A stretch of 51,636 bases of DNA from a virus (taxonomy: Duplodnaviria; Heunggongvirae; Uroviricota; Caudoviricetes), in IMG/VR virus record IMGVR_UViG_3300014204_000115, positions 1 through 51,636 of that record; one strand, 5' to 3'. Below the pieces are notes generated by a model, which worked only from the letters and a program-made list of their open reading frames with translations, searched no databases and had not been told where the DNA came from. Below, one piece after another: positions 7,939 through 17,782 of the stretch. The translations under genes and the position numbers were made by a program. Within the stretch, counting starts at the first letter, position 1. The number at the start of each line of letters is the position of its first letter.

Positions 7939-10363
7939 AATCTTGTAATAAACCTCTCATTGGTCTTTTTTTAATCCATTCTCTAAATTCAATTTCTAGC
8001 TCTCTAAATTCTTCTTTAGACAACCATTTTGTATCAGTTGTTATTCCTCCTGTTCCATCTTTAGATACTTGATAAAATTGATCATAATCATCTGTTATAT
8101 TTATTATTCCGTATTTTTCTAAATTATTTCCAACTTCAGTTCCTGGATATGGTACAAATGTTGAAACAAAAAGTTGATCAGGATTTGAATATTCTATAAA
8201 TCTTTTTGTTTCTTCTAATGTATCTTTTGTTTCACCAGGAAAACCAATTATAAAAAATGCTCTTGATGTAATTCCATATTTTTTTGCCCATTGAATAACA
8301 TTATAATTATCTTCAACTTTAACTTTCTTTTTCATCCTATCAAGAATATATTGAGATCCAGATTCTATTCCCCATGCTATTGCTTCACAACCAGAATCAG
8401 CTAATCTTTTATATATTTCTTCTGAATCATTTCCTGCCCTTCCCATACATCTAAATCTAAGATTTAAAGATTTTATTTCACCTAAAATTTTAAATAATCT
8501 TTTAGGTTTTAAAGTAAAAATATCATCTTGAAAATTAATGCTTTTAATATTAAATTCTTCTTTTATTTTTTTAATATCTTTTATAACCGTATCAGAATCT
8601 GCAAATTTAACTCCATAACCTAATAATTTGTGCATTTGCTCAAGTCCGCAAAATGAACAATTATGAGAAAGAATATAATTACCACCATTACTAGTGGATA
8701 CAAAGTAATTCTCATAAGGTTCACATCTAAAATTGTACACTTCTTTTTTAGTTTTAATTTTTTCTATATTTTTTATTTTTAAACCATTATATGTAAAATT
8801 TCCGATTTTTTTAATCAAAGATTCTTCATCTTTTAATTCATGTTCCCATATTTCCAGAACTTTATATCCAAACTTTTCATAATTTTTAATTCTTCTTTTA
8901 TGGTGTTCTAACCACCATTCATTTTTAGGATCTGGACAACACCCTTTACATTTATGCCAATAACAACCATATAACTCTATAAGTTTCTTTTCTCCATCTT
9001 TACTGGTATAATCTGGATAAAACCATCCTATTTTATTTGAATATCCTGTAAATTCATATCTATTTGGAAAATTTTCTTCTAATATTTTTAATAATAATGT
9101 TTCAATTCCATTTATTTCTCGATTAAAAAGATTATTTACATGAGGTTTATGCATTGGATTATTTATTTTGAGCCTTGTACTATTTCTTTTTTTCCAATCA
9201 ATCCAATCTTTTTCAGTTGAAATATATTTCATATGCCATAATTCTTTTGGAGCTTTTTTAAAATATGGAACTATTTCTCCAGAATTATTTTTCTTTTTTA
9301 AAATATTTTTTACTTTATCAGAAATATTTTTATTTTTCATTGGATTATTAATTTTCATTCTATTAGATGTGTTATTACACATCTCTTTCCATTTATCTAA
9401 ATTTTTATATTTAATATTCATTTCTTCTTTAGAATGTTTTTTCCATACTAATTTAAAACCACCAATAATTTCTCCATTTTTAATTCTGGTTTTTAATGTT
9501 TTACTAACTTTATCTCGTATTTCTTGATTTTTCATTGGATTATATAATTTTTTCTGGAAAGATATTTTATCTCTAAAATTAATTTTATATATTTCATCAT
9601 CTATTTTTAAATCCTGCGCTCGAATCCAATTTTCTCCTACAAAAAATGGATGTTCTGGAGTACAATTAATAGAACTATTATCTTCAAATGTTAATTTTAA
9701 TAGATTAATTGTGTCATTTTTAAATAGTTCTTTAACTTCTGTTTCTACAAGTTTTCCATCATTAAATGCTATTAATTTATCACCAACTTCAATTTTTTCT
9801 ATAGATTTATTACTTTTATTACTTACAATTACTTTTACACCTTTTGGAAAACAATGATATGGGCAACCACGAGAAGTTAAATATGGAAGAGATAATTGAT
9901 TTGAAATTTTACGACTATAACTATTTATATCTATAAGATCATAAGATGGAAATTCAAAATAATTTTCAGGTTCTTTTCCATTAATAATATGATTTTTTTC
10001 TTTTCCATTAATAATATCAATTATAGAAACTTCTCCATAACCAACTACTACATGATCTGCATATGAAAAATCATTTGGACAAGCTGTAGGATGTGCACCG
10101 CCAACAATAATTTTACTATTTGGGTTTATAGATTTACATTTTTGAATTATATCTTTGGTAATCTGAAGAGAGGAAATGTAAACTGTTATCCCATAAAAAT
10201 CTGCATACGGAATATTCCAGTTTACATTTCCTGATAAATCAACAATTTCTACATCTAGATTGTTTTTTCTTAGATGACTTGCAATATACAATAAACCAAG
10301 TGGTGGGTCAAGTCTATCATCTGTAGAATTTAAATGAGGTGGGTGTATAAGTACGGTTTTCAC
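7922..10363 (-). CDS. B12-binding radical SAM protein (class B methyltransferase-like), intein-containing
   Basis: PPLGLLYIAS, GGAHPT, TSRGCPYH|CSFC after splicing, DDIF, GIESGSQ, FIIGFPGET, PYPGT; GTG start. Confidence 0.9.
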   Translation of the reverse strand: MKTVLIHPPHLNSTDDRLDPPLGLLYIASHLRKNNLDVEIVDLSGNVNWNIPYADFYGITVYISSLQITKDIIQKCKSINPNSKIIVGGAHPTACPNDFSYADHVVVGYGEVSIIDIINGKEKNHIINGKEPENYFEFPSYDLIDINSYSRKISNQLSLPYLTSRGCPYHCFPKGVKVIVSNKSNKSIEKIEVGDKLIAFNDGKLVETEVKELFKNDTINLLKLTFEDNSSINCTPEHPFFVGENWIRAQDLKIDDEIYKINFRDKISFQKKLYNPMKNQEIRDKVSKTLKTRIKNGEIIGGFKLVWKKHSKEEMNIKYKNLDKWKEMCNNTSNRMKINNPMKNKNISDKVKNILKKKNNSGEIVPYFKKAPKELWHMKYISTEKDWIDWKKRNSTRLKINNPMHKPHVNNLFNREINGIETLLLKILEENFPNRYEFTGYSNKIGWFYPDYTSKDGEKKLIELYGCYWHKCKGCCPDPKNEWWLEHHKRRIKNYEKFGYKVLEIWEHELKDEESLIKKIGNFTYNGLKIKNIEKIKTKKEVYNFRCEPYENYFVSTSNGGNYILSHNCSFCGLEQMHKLLGYGVKFADSDTVIKDIKKIKEEFNIKSINFQDDIFTLKPKRLFKILGEIKSLNLRFRCMGRAGNDSEEIYKRLADSGCEAIAWGIESGSQYILDRMKKKVKVEDNYNVIQWAKKYGITSRAFFIIGFPGETKDTLEETKRFIEYSNPDQLFVSTFVPYPGTEVGNNLEKYGIINITDDYDQFYQVSKDGTGGITTDTKWLSKEEFRELEIEFREWIKKRPMRGLLQDYETKK
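8660..9853 (-). mobile_element. 398-aa intein with Vsr/DUF559-like endonuclease
   Basis: Starts CFPKG, block B CTPEHPF, block F/G VYNF...SHN then Cys; internal PD..IELYGCYWH..IWEHE and NNPMK repeats. Confidence 0.93.
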
Positions 10364-10378
10364 ATAAATCCTTTCGCT

Positions 10379-10394
10379 TTTTATATATTGTTCT
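10379..10394 (-). promoter_or_regulatory. Putative late promoter of glycan-modification operon
   Basis: AGAACAATATATAAAA upstream of radical SAM gene. Confidence 0.5.
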
Positions 10395-10423
10395 AAAAAA
10401 TTATTTTAATATCTTATTTATTT

Positions 10424-10846
10424 TTAAACTCCATCTGGATAAGGAGGTCTATCTGGTATAATTGATTCAGGTGTAGGATTTGCTACAATAATTCTTAACT
10501 CTGCTCTATACGTTAACCAAGATTGTGGTACAACTATTTCTTTTTCATAACATCTCAAAATAGTAATATCTGATTTATCTAAAGCAAGTTGAGCTAAATT
10601 TTTTATTTTTTTCTTTTTTTCTTCTTCTTTCTCTATAATAATACTTGGTTCTTTACTAAGAGCTTCTGCAAATTCTTCATCTGTCATCCATAATACACTA
10701 ATCTCATTTATTTTATAACCAGCTTTTAAAGCATTTTGTCTTAAAGTATCTAGATTTTTTTCTCTTTCTTCCAAATCTTCAGAATATCCACCGCTCTGCA
10801 TTTCAATTAATTTACCTGTTGATTTTAACAAACATACTCTATTCAT
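10424..10846 (-). CDS. Putative tail-fibre assembly chaperone
   Basis: C-terminal SD..ILRC.E...W..YR.ELR...P..P pattern; follows fibre genes. Confidence 0.6.
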   Translation of the reverse strand: MNRVCLLKSTGKLIEMQSGGYSEDLEEREKNLDTLRQNALKAGYKINEISVLWMTDEEFAEALSKEPSIIIEKEEEKKKKIKNLAQLALDKSDITILRCYEKEIVVPQSWLTYRAELRIIVANPTPESIIPDRPPYPDGV

Positions 10847-10861
10847 AATCTTCCCCCTAAA

Positions 10862-11446
10862 TTATTGTAATGCTATATAATAGTAATAACAAAGTTTTCC
10901 ATATGCTCCTGCTGAAGACCATGTAATTGTAAAACCATTAGCTCCAAATGAACTAATATTTCCAGCCTGAGTTCCAGCAGCAGTTTCAGTTAAAGATATA
11001 AAAGAACCACTATTTGCAAAAGCAGTTACCCATACATCTGATTCAAGATAAGCAATTCCTTGATTTATTAAACTAGAACTAACTCCAAATGATGCAGATG
11101 ATGAACAGACTGCAAAACAAAAAACTACAGTTGGTTGAAATGGTATTCCGCTTATAACTGTTGCAGAAGAGTCACTATGATATTTTGTAAATGATCCTGC
11201 ATATGAAATAGCTGTACCAACTGATCTCCATTCTGGTGCATTTCCTGCTGGATTTACATATAATCTAGCATTTGGAGCTCCAATGGCTAATCTTGTTAAA
11301 GGTCCTCCCCAGTTAAAATATATATCGCCATTAGCATCACTTCCTAATACAATTCCCGAATCTCTAACTCTAATGCCTTCAACAACTACTCCATTTCCAG
11401 GTGTTAGTTCTTGAACGATATCCTGCTCAATTCCATAATGTTTCAT
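10862..11446 (-). CDS. Putative fibre/virion protein
   Basis: GDIY...TRLAIG, GIPFQP..V, GFTITW; beta-rich; fibre context. Confidence 0.55.
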   Translation of the reverse strand: MKHYGIEQDIVQELTPGNGVVVEGIRVRDSGIVLGSDANGDIYFNWGGPLTRLAIGAPNARLYVNPAGNAPEWRSVGTAISYAGSFTKYHSDSSATVISGIPFQPTVVFCFAVCSSSASFGVSSSLINQGIAYLESDVWVTAFANSGSFISLTETAAGTQAGNISSFGANGFTITWSSAGAYGKLCYYYYIALQ

Positions 11447-11475
11447 TTAAGAAATTCCTCCAAATACTTATAATT

Positions 11476-14043
11476 TTAACCAGCAACGTATGTTCCAAAA
11501 ATAGGTTCACAGAACCAACTATAACCACCACCAGAATTTTTAAAAGTAAAAAACCTTGCGCAAGTTCCTGTAGCATAACCTGACTCAACACTAACATAGC
11601 CACCATCAGTTCCTGCGACTCCAAGTAAGTAAATAATTTCTCCAGTTTGACATTTTAATCTAAAATATTTTGCTCTAACAGTTGGTAATATAGACATAAA
11701 TGATAGACCAGATTCAGCAGTTGGTAGCTCAATAAGACAATCTGCATCTGTCATTCCATAGTTAGAAACTATTGTTTCACAACATTCAACTACAGTTAAT
11801 GGACTAGAAGCTGAAGATGTTTTAAATATTTCTTTGCTTTTTCTAAGAATAGTATCTGGTAAAGTTTCTCCTATTGGTCCAGGTGAAGCTAAATCAACTA
11901 CTCCACTATAACCACTCTTTCCAGAATATCCGCTTGTACCTGTAGTCCCTGGAGGTCCATTTACTCCAGAATAACCACTTATTCCACTATAACCTGAAAT
12001 TCCAGAATAACCAGATTGTTGAGCATCAGATCCAGAGAATCCACTTATTCCACTATAACCTGAAATTCCAGAGATCCCTGAATAGCCGCTTATTCCACTA
12101 TAACCAGAAGTTCCTATTCCAGAATATCCTGATTCTCCACTATAACCAGAAGTTCCTATTCCAGAATATCCTGATTCTCCACTATAACCACTTATTCCAC
12201 TAGGACCTGAATATCCTGATTGTTGAGCAGATTCTCCACTATAACCACTTATTCCACTAGGACCTGAATATCCTGATTGTTGAGCATCAGATCCAGAATA
12301 ACCACTAGTTCCAATATAACCACTGATACCAGAATATCCGGAGATTCCAGAATATCCGCTTATACCACTATAACCAGAAACTCCGCTATAAGCTGAAATA
12401 CCTGAGTATCCGCTAATTCCAGAATAACCGCTTATACCACTATAACCAGAAATTCCTGAGTATCCTGATTCTCCACTATAACCACTTGTTCCTATATAAC
12501 CACTTGTCCCAGAAATTCCACTATATCCACTAATTCCTGAATAAGCTGAAATTCCACTATATCCACTAATTCCGCTATAACCAGATATTCCAGAATACCC
12601 AGAAGTTCCTGTAAGACCTGTTTGACCAGGAGGACCATCTAATCCAGAGTATCCGCTAATTCCAGAATATCCTGATTCTCCGCTATATCCACTAATCCCA
12701 GAGAATCCTGAAACTCCAGAATATCCTGATTCTCCACTATAACCAGAGATTCCCGAGAATCCTGAATAACCGCTTGTTCCAACACCACTATATCCAGAAT
12801 ACCCTGATCTTCCAATTCCTGAATATCCACTTATTCCGCTATATCCACTTATTCCTATTAAACCTGTTGGACCAGGAGGGCCATCTAAACCCGAGATTCC
12901 ACTATATCCGGAGATTCCTGAGAATCCTGAAACTCCAGAATATCCTGATTCTCCGCTATATCCACTAATTCCTGAATAACCGCTTATACCGCTATATCCA
13001 CTAATTCCTGAATAACCACTTATTCCGCTATATCCACTAGGACCAGAATAACCTGATTGTTGTGCATCAGATCCTGAATAACCACTAATTCCTGAATAAC
13101 CGCTTATACCACTATATCCACTAATTCCTGAATAACCGCTATATGCACTCCTTCCGCTATATCCACTAATTCCTATTAAACCTGTTGGTCCAGGAGGACC
13201 ATCTACTCCTGAGTAACCACTGGTTCCTGAATAACCACTTATTCCGCTATATCCAGATGCTCCACTATAACCTGAAAAAGCTGCCTCGCCATCTAAACCA
13301 CTATATCCTGATATTCCAATTCCTGAATAACCACTTATTCCGCTATAACCAGAAATTCCTGAATAACCGCTTATTCCGCTATAACCAGATGTTCCGCTAT
13401 AACCTGAAGCTGCAGCTTGGCCATCTAATCCGCTATAACCTGATAAACCCAATCCTGAATAACCAGATACCCCTGAATATCCACTTATACCACTATATCC
13501 AGAAATTCCTGAGTAACCTGATTCTCCTATTCCTGAGTAACCTGATTCTCCTATTCCTGAGTAACCTGATTGACCAGTACTACCAATTCCTGAATAACCT
13601 GATGTTCCAATTCCTGAATAACCACTTATACCACTATATCCAGAGATACCTGAATAAGCTGAAGTTCCACTAAATCCAGAAATACCTGAGAAACCAGATA
13701 CTCCTGAATGACCAGATAATCCACTATATCCGCTTTTTCCTGAATGGCCAGATGCACCAGTAGGACCGCTTATTCCGCTTATTCCAGAATATCCACTAAT
13801 ACCTGATTGACCTGAAATTCCACTGATACCAGAATACCCTGAAATTCCACTATATCCAGATTGTCCAATTCCGGAAAATCCACTTGTACCACTATAACCA
13901 GAAGCTGCAACTGCTCCATTTTGTCCACTTATTCCACTATAACCAGATACCCCTGAACTTCCAATATATCCAGAATATCCGGATACCCCTGATTTTCCAG
14001 AATATCCAGATTGTCCAACTATTGTTATGGTTTGTTGTGACAT
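11476..14043 (-). CDS. (Ser-Gly-X)n collagen-like fibre protein with C-terminal globular domain
   Basis: About 700 aa of SGY/SGI/SGF triplets with GPPGP and DAQQ interruptions, about 140-aa tip. Confidence 0.85.
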   Translation of the reverse strand: MSQQTITIVGQSGYSGKSGVSGYSGYIGSSGVSGYSGISGQNGAVAASGYSGTSGFSGIGQSGYSGISGYSGISGISGQSGISGYSGISGISGPTGASGHSGKSGYSGLSGHSGVSGFSGISGFSGTSAYSGISGYSGISGYSGIGTSGYSGIGSTGQSGYSGIGESGYSGIGESGYSGISGYSGISGYSGVSGYSGLGLSGYSGLDGQAAASGYSGTSGYSGISGYSGISGYSGISGYSGIGISGYSGLDGEAAFSGYSGASGYSGISGYSGTSGYSGVDGPPGPTGLIGISGYSGRSAYSGYSGISGYSGISGYSGISGYSGSDAQQSGYSGPSGYSGISGYSGISGYSGISGYSGISGYSGESGYSGVSGFSGISGYSGISGLDGPPGPTGLIGISGYSGISGYSGIGRSGYSGYSGVGTSGYSGFSGISGYSGESGYSGVSGFSGISGYSGESGYSGISGYSGLDGPPGQTGLTGTSGYSGISGYSGISGYSGISAYSGISGYSGISGTSGYIGTSGYSGESGYSGISGYSGISGYSGISGYSGISAYSGVSGYSGISGYSGISGYSGISGYIGTSGYSGSDAQQSGYSGPSGISGYSGESAQQSGYSGPSGISGYSGESGYSGIGTSGYSGESGYSGIGTSGYSGISGYSGISGISGYSGISGFSGSDAQQSGYSGISGYSGISGYSGVNGPPGTTGTSGYSGKSGYSGVVDLASPGPIGETLPDTILRKSKEIFKTSSASSPLTVVECCETIVSNYGMTDADCLIELPTAESGLSFMSILPTVRAKYFRLKCQTGEIIYLLGVAGTDGGYVSVESGYATGTCARFFTFKNSGGGYSWFCEPIFGTYVAG

Positions 14044-14058
14044 TTTTAGTTCCTTATT

Positions 14059-14652
14059 TTATTCAAGATTATATTTTGAAACAAAGTCATTCCCTTCATT
14101 AATAATTTTTTGTCTTTCTTTAATAAAGTTATTCCAAACTTCACAATTTTCGTTTCCGCAAATTAATTTTTCAGTTTTAGCTTTTTCTTCTCCGCAATTT
14201 TTTATTAAATTTGAAGTAATAACATCGACATCTTTTTTTGATTTTACTTCAAAACCTTTAAATATTAATGCTGTTTCTATCCATTTTCCATTTTCATATT
14301 TTGGTTTAAATAAATTGTCAGTTGGTTTAGATATATTTTTAAATTCATTAGGAACTTCTTCTCCAATTTTATTAATAAAATATTCTTTTCCATCTGTATC
14401 ATAATATAAAGTACCCCTAAAATCAGGTTTAATAACCCATTCAATATCATCGTTTTCATAAATAGCTACTTCATTTATTTTTAGTTTAGGTGGCTGTGTA
14501 AATGTTGAAAATGCTGGAGATGTATATTTTTTTCTTCTTTCTATTTTAGAAACTTCCGGATCAAATGATGCATCAGATGGTCCAATGTATTCAAATGTTA
14601 TTCTATCATAATTATAAACTATATTTTTTTCAGATATATATACTTTACTCAT
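14059..14652 (-). CDS. Tail fibre assembly protein (Tfa-like)
   Basis: YNYD..T.EY.G...A..DP, P..ST...PP, W...PDFRG; follows collar-domain fibre. Confidence 0.75.
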   Translation of the reverse strand: MSKVYISEKNIVYNYDRITFEYIGPSDASFDPEVSKIERRKKYTSPAFSTFTQPPKLKINEVAIYENDDIEWVIKPDFRGTLYYDTDGKEYFINKIGEEVPNEFKNISKPTDNLFKPKYENGKWIETALIFKGFEVKSKKDVDVITSNLIKNCGEEKAKTEKLICGNENCEVWNNFIKERQKIINEGNDFVSKYNLE

Positions 14653-14668
14653 TTTATTCTCCTAACCA

Positions 14669-15643
14669 TTATGCATATTTTATACAGTACATTACTGCCA
14701 TATTTTTTGGTCTTGTTTCAGTATCTGAATTATTAACATGAGACGTTACTTCTCCTACACTAGCTTCCAAACTACCAAAAGTAGTCCCACCTGCGTCCGA
14801 AGTTCTTGCAACAAATGGAATTGGATGTGTATGAGAAATAATTCCATCAGCCTGATATGTTCCAACATAATTTCCAGAAGTAATTGTTGCTCCTGTCATG
14901 TATGTATCAACACCGACTCTGGATGCAGCATCTGGGTCACCCGCTGGAGCAGCAAGAGTATTTTGCCACCCTCTTAGAAAAACACCTCTATAATCTGGAA
15001 TTCCAAAATATAATCCACTATCTCCATAAGCACCATTTAAAATAGAATGTAATGTTGGATAAACAGATTTTAATTTCCATGATCCATCACATTCTAAATA
15101 TCCAGCTGGAGGTGTTTCTAAAGTCCAAGAAATTACTGATCCTACTGGGGCGGTATTATCAAAACCACTAAATCCTGAGTATCCACTTATTCCACTATAA
15201 CCAGATGGTCCAGGGTCGCCAATAATTGTTCCAAAGTTATTTCCTCCAATTGATAAGGAAACACGTCCTGCGATTGCAGTAGAAAATGTAATTGTCATAT
15301 TATTTGCGTCTACTGCAAGAATATTACTTGGAACTACCATATTTCTATTAGTATCCCAAATAGAAACAGTAGGGTATTGATAATTAAGATTGTGTACTAT
15401 ATTCCAGGTAGCAGATGGAGGATTTACATAAGTGGTATACCCACCAACAGGAGTTCCCGAATATCCACTAATTCCACTTGTTCCAACTCCACTATATCCA
15501 GAAAGTCCTGAATAACCACTTCGTCCAGATACTCCAGAAATTCCACTAAATCCACTCAGACCAGAATAACCGCTCTGTCCAATGAAATCAGCTTCTGTCC
15601 TGATCTTGTTATACATATTGGGATTTACAGCTTCAATTTTCAT
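14669..15643 (-). CDS. Tail fibre with collar domain and short SG repeats
   Basis: PVGSVISW, PAGYLECDG, PDYRGVFLRGW, ETRPKNMAVMYCIKY. Confidence 0.88.
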   Translation of the reverse strand: MKIEAVNPNMYNKIRTEADFIGQSGYSGLSGFSGISGVSGRSGYSGLSGYSGVGTSGISGYSGTPVGGYTTYVNPPSATWNIVHNLNYQYPTVSIWDTNRNMVVPSNILAVDANNMTITFSTAIAGRVSLSIGGNNFGTIIGDPGPSGYSGISGYSGFSGFDNTAPVGSVISWTLETPPAGYLECDGSWKLKSVYPTLHSILNGAYGDSGLYFGIPDYRGVFLRGWQNTLAAPAGDPDAASRVGVDTYMTGATITSGNYVGTYQADGIISHTHPIPFVARTSDAGGTTFGSLEASVGEVTSHVNNSDTETRPKNMAVMYCIKYA

Positions 15644-15676
15644 TTATAGTTCCTCTATCTATATTTTTATAATTTA

Positions 15677-17635
15677 TTAGTTTACACTTCTTCCAGTTTC
15701 ATACCAAGTATTTGTAGCTCTATCATATACCAAACTTAATGTATCATTAGCTGTTCCATTAAAGTCAGCTCCTCCAGCTAATTTAATTGTTAAACCATTT
15801 TTTATTACAATATTAGAAGAATCAAAAATTATCTTTATTTCTTTTCCATCATATGCGTCAGTAAAATCTATAATATTTAAAGCAGAAGAATTTGGTTTCC
15901 AGATTTTATGACCAAGAACAGATGGAGAAGCATCCAAATCAATAAAAGTGCCGACGCCAGAATCTGTACTAGATAAATCGAAACCAATTATATTTGTATC
16001 ATTTTCATAAATTATTGCATAATCATCAAAAGTTGCAGCTCCAGAGAAAGAAGCATATATGTATAAGTTACAAAAACTTGCAGTTGCTCTAGAAACTTGA
16101 GGACCATTAACTGTAGCTGAGGCCGCTCCTGCAGTTAAAACATCGTTTAAAACAAATGTTCCATCTCCAACTACATCTCTTACAAACATATAATTTGCAT
16201 TTGTTAAACAAACAACTGCAGTATTTCCAGATAATGATGCAGTTATAGTACTTCCTGGAGTAAATGTTCCAGATAAACCAGTAATAGGAATCTTTAATGT
16301 ACTAAATTTATGAACTTGATTTAATTGAGTTGATTCAAATTCTCCGGAACTTGCACCATTAGAAACAAACCAAGCAACATTTCCTGGAGTATTTATGTTT
16401 GACATAATTTGACATGAAGGAATTAATGTTGCGTAACCAGTTTCAGATAAATTTTTTGTTTGAAAAACTTTTCCATTTGATCCAGTTATACATTTATTAA
16501 TAAAATCAATAGTTGCTGTAGTTATAGCTGTATCAATATAATCATCATTATTAATTTCATCAACTGTTAATTTATTAAAAATTGATTGAGATAAAGTATC
16601 TGTATATTCGTCAAGTTCTGATAATCCTCCAGAAATACTTCCTTCAGAACTACCGGGCATAAACCACATAGAACATGTTTGATCTCCTGCGTCATATGTT
16701 AAACATATTCCAACAAATTGTGTATAAATTCCTGGCATTACTGGAGTAGCAGATCCTGCTTCAATATTAGAAAGATATACTCTTTGACCAGTAACTAATG
16801 TTCTTCCTGTTTCAACAGGAACATTATCACATCTTCCAAAAAGTCTAACTACACCATTTCCAGTAGAAACTAATCCTTCTTCTAAAACTACTCCAACTGC
16901 AAAAGTTTCTCTGGCGGTAGAAATTGCAAGACCTGCAGCAGAACCAGATGTTAAATAAACTAAAGAACCAACTGGACATCCTGTAGTATCAATTCTATCT
17001 TTTATAGCGTCCCAAGAAATCCATCCTGTTGATCCACCAAAATATATTTGATCTTCATTTCTTACATAAATTATTCTTCCTTCATCAGTTTCTTGAACAA
17101 ACGTTGGTAGTGTATTTTCTGTGCCAACATAAAATTGCGCATATTCTCTTTGAATTGTTGGATTTGTAGGATCATAATCCCATACTGAATCAATGACAAG
17201 ATTTCCAGGAGTTCCTGTAACATATACCGCTTTTAAGAATAAATATCCTGAAGTAAAACTTCCTCTTTCTGATGGTCTTAAAATTGTTATTTCAGCCTCT
17301 GGAGCAGGTTTAGATTTTACATAACTGTATTTAAGTAGAATATAATAATATCCAGTTTCATCAAAATGATCTGATGATATATAAAAATCTACATCATGCA
17401 TATCAACAGACATCTGATCAGTAACTTCAATAATAACGTCATCTTTATAACAAATTCCTTCTGAAATAATTAAACCGGTAGTTGACGTACTATCAACACT
17501 TACATCTATTGAGTGTGTTCCAGAAATACAATCTACACCTCTAGAAGCTATTCTTGTTAGTTGATTTACTACATTTGAATTATATGAAGAATATGGGTCT
17601 ATTGTTCTTGTCTGTTGAGGAATTATATTTCCCAT
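15677..17635 (-). CDS. Virion structural protein (fibre/baseplate-associated)
   Basis: 652 aa, G/T/S-rich; heads fibre operon; AAGGAG RBS. Confidence 0.65.
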   Translation of the reverse strand: MGNIIPQQTRTIDPYSSYNSNVVNQLTRIASRGVDCISGTHSIDVSVDSTSTTGLIISEGICYKDDVIIEVTDQMSVDMHDVDFYISSDHFDETGYYYILLKYSYVKSKPAPEAEITILRPSERGSFTSGYLFLKAVYVTGTPGNLVIDSVWDYDPTNPTIQREYAQFYVGTENTLPTFVQETDEGRIIYVRNEDQIYFGGSTGWISWDAIKDRIDTTGCPVGSLVYLTSGSAAGLAISTARETFAVGVVLEEGLVSTGNGVVRLFGRCDNVPVETGRTLVTGQRVYLSNIEAGSATPVMPGIYTQFVGICLTYDAGDQTCSMWFMPGSSEGSISGGLSELDEYTDTLSQSIFNKLTVDEINNDDYIDTAITTATIDFINKCITGSNGKVFQTKNLSETGYATLIPSCQIMSNINTPGNVAWFVSNGASSGEFESTQLNQVHKFSTLKIPITGLSGTFTPGSTITASLSGNTAVVCLTNANYMFVRDVVGDGTFVLNDVLTAGAASATVNGPQVSRATASFCNLYIYASFSGAATFDDYAIIYENDTNIIGFDLSSTDSGVGTFIDLDASPSVLGHKIWKPNSSALNIIDFTDAYDGKEIKIIFDSSNIVIKNGLTIKLAGGADFNGTANDTLSLVYDRATNTWYETGRSVN

Positions 17636-17672
17636 TGATTTTTATATCTCCTTACTGTATTTCTCATGTATA

Positions 17673-17709
17673 ATTTATTTTTTGTTCTGATTAATTTAAT
17701 AAATCAGAA
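17673..17709 (-). promoter_or_regulatory. Putative late promoter with TTCT-N17-AGAA dyad
   Basis: TTCTGATTTATTAAATTAATCAGAACAAAAAATAAAT on minus strand. Confidence 0.55.
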
Positions 17710-17735
17710 TTAAAAAATTAGTTATCTTATTTCTT

Positions 17736-17759
17736 ACTATATATATAACATTAAAATAA
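17736..17759 (+). promoter_or_regulatory. Putative early promoter (CTAYATATATWAA)
   Basis: Same motif at 29357, 30375 and 35086, each before a plus-strand gene run. Confidence 0.55.
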
Positions 17760-17782
17760 TAATAAGAGAGGAATTTTATTTA

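Noticed and set aside
1-14043. CRISPR array in the repetitive tracts
   Set aside because: Repeats have 9-bp codon periodicity in open frames, with no constant repeat and unique spacer pattern.
147-14977. Short alternate-frame or antisense ORFs (147, 861, 1015, 2352, 6226, 6263, 6997, 9168, 11401, 11427, 12639, 12774, 13185, 13884, 14027, 14277, 14738)
   Set aside because: Shadows of longer, motif-supported genes.
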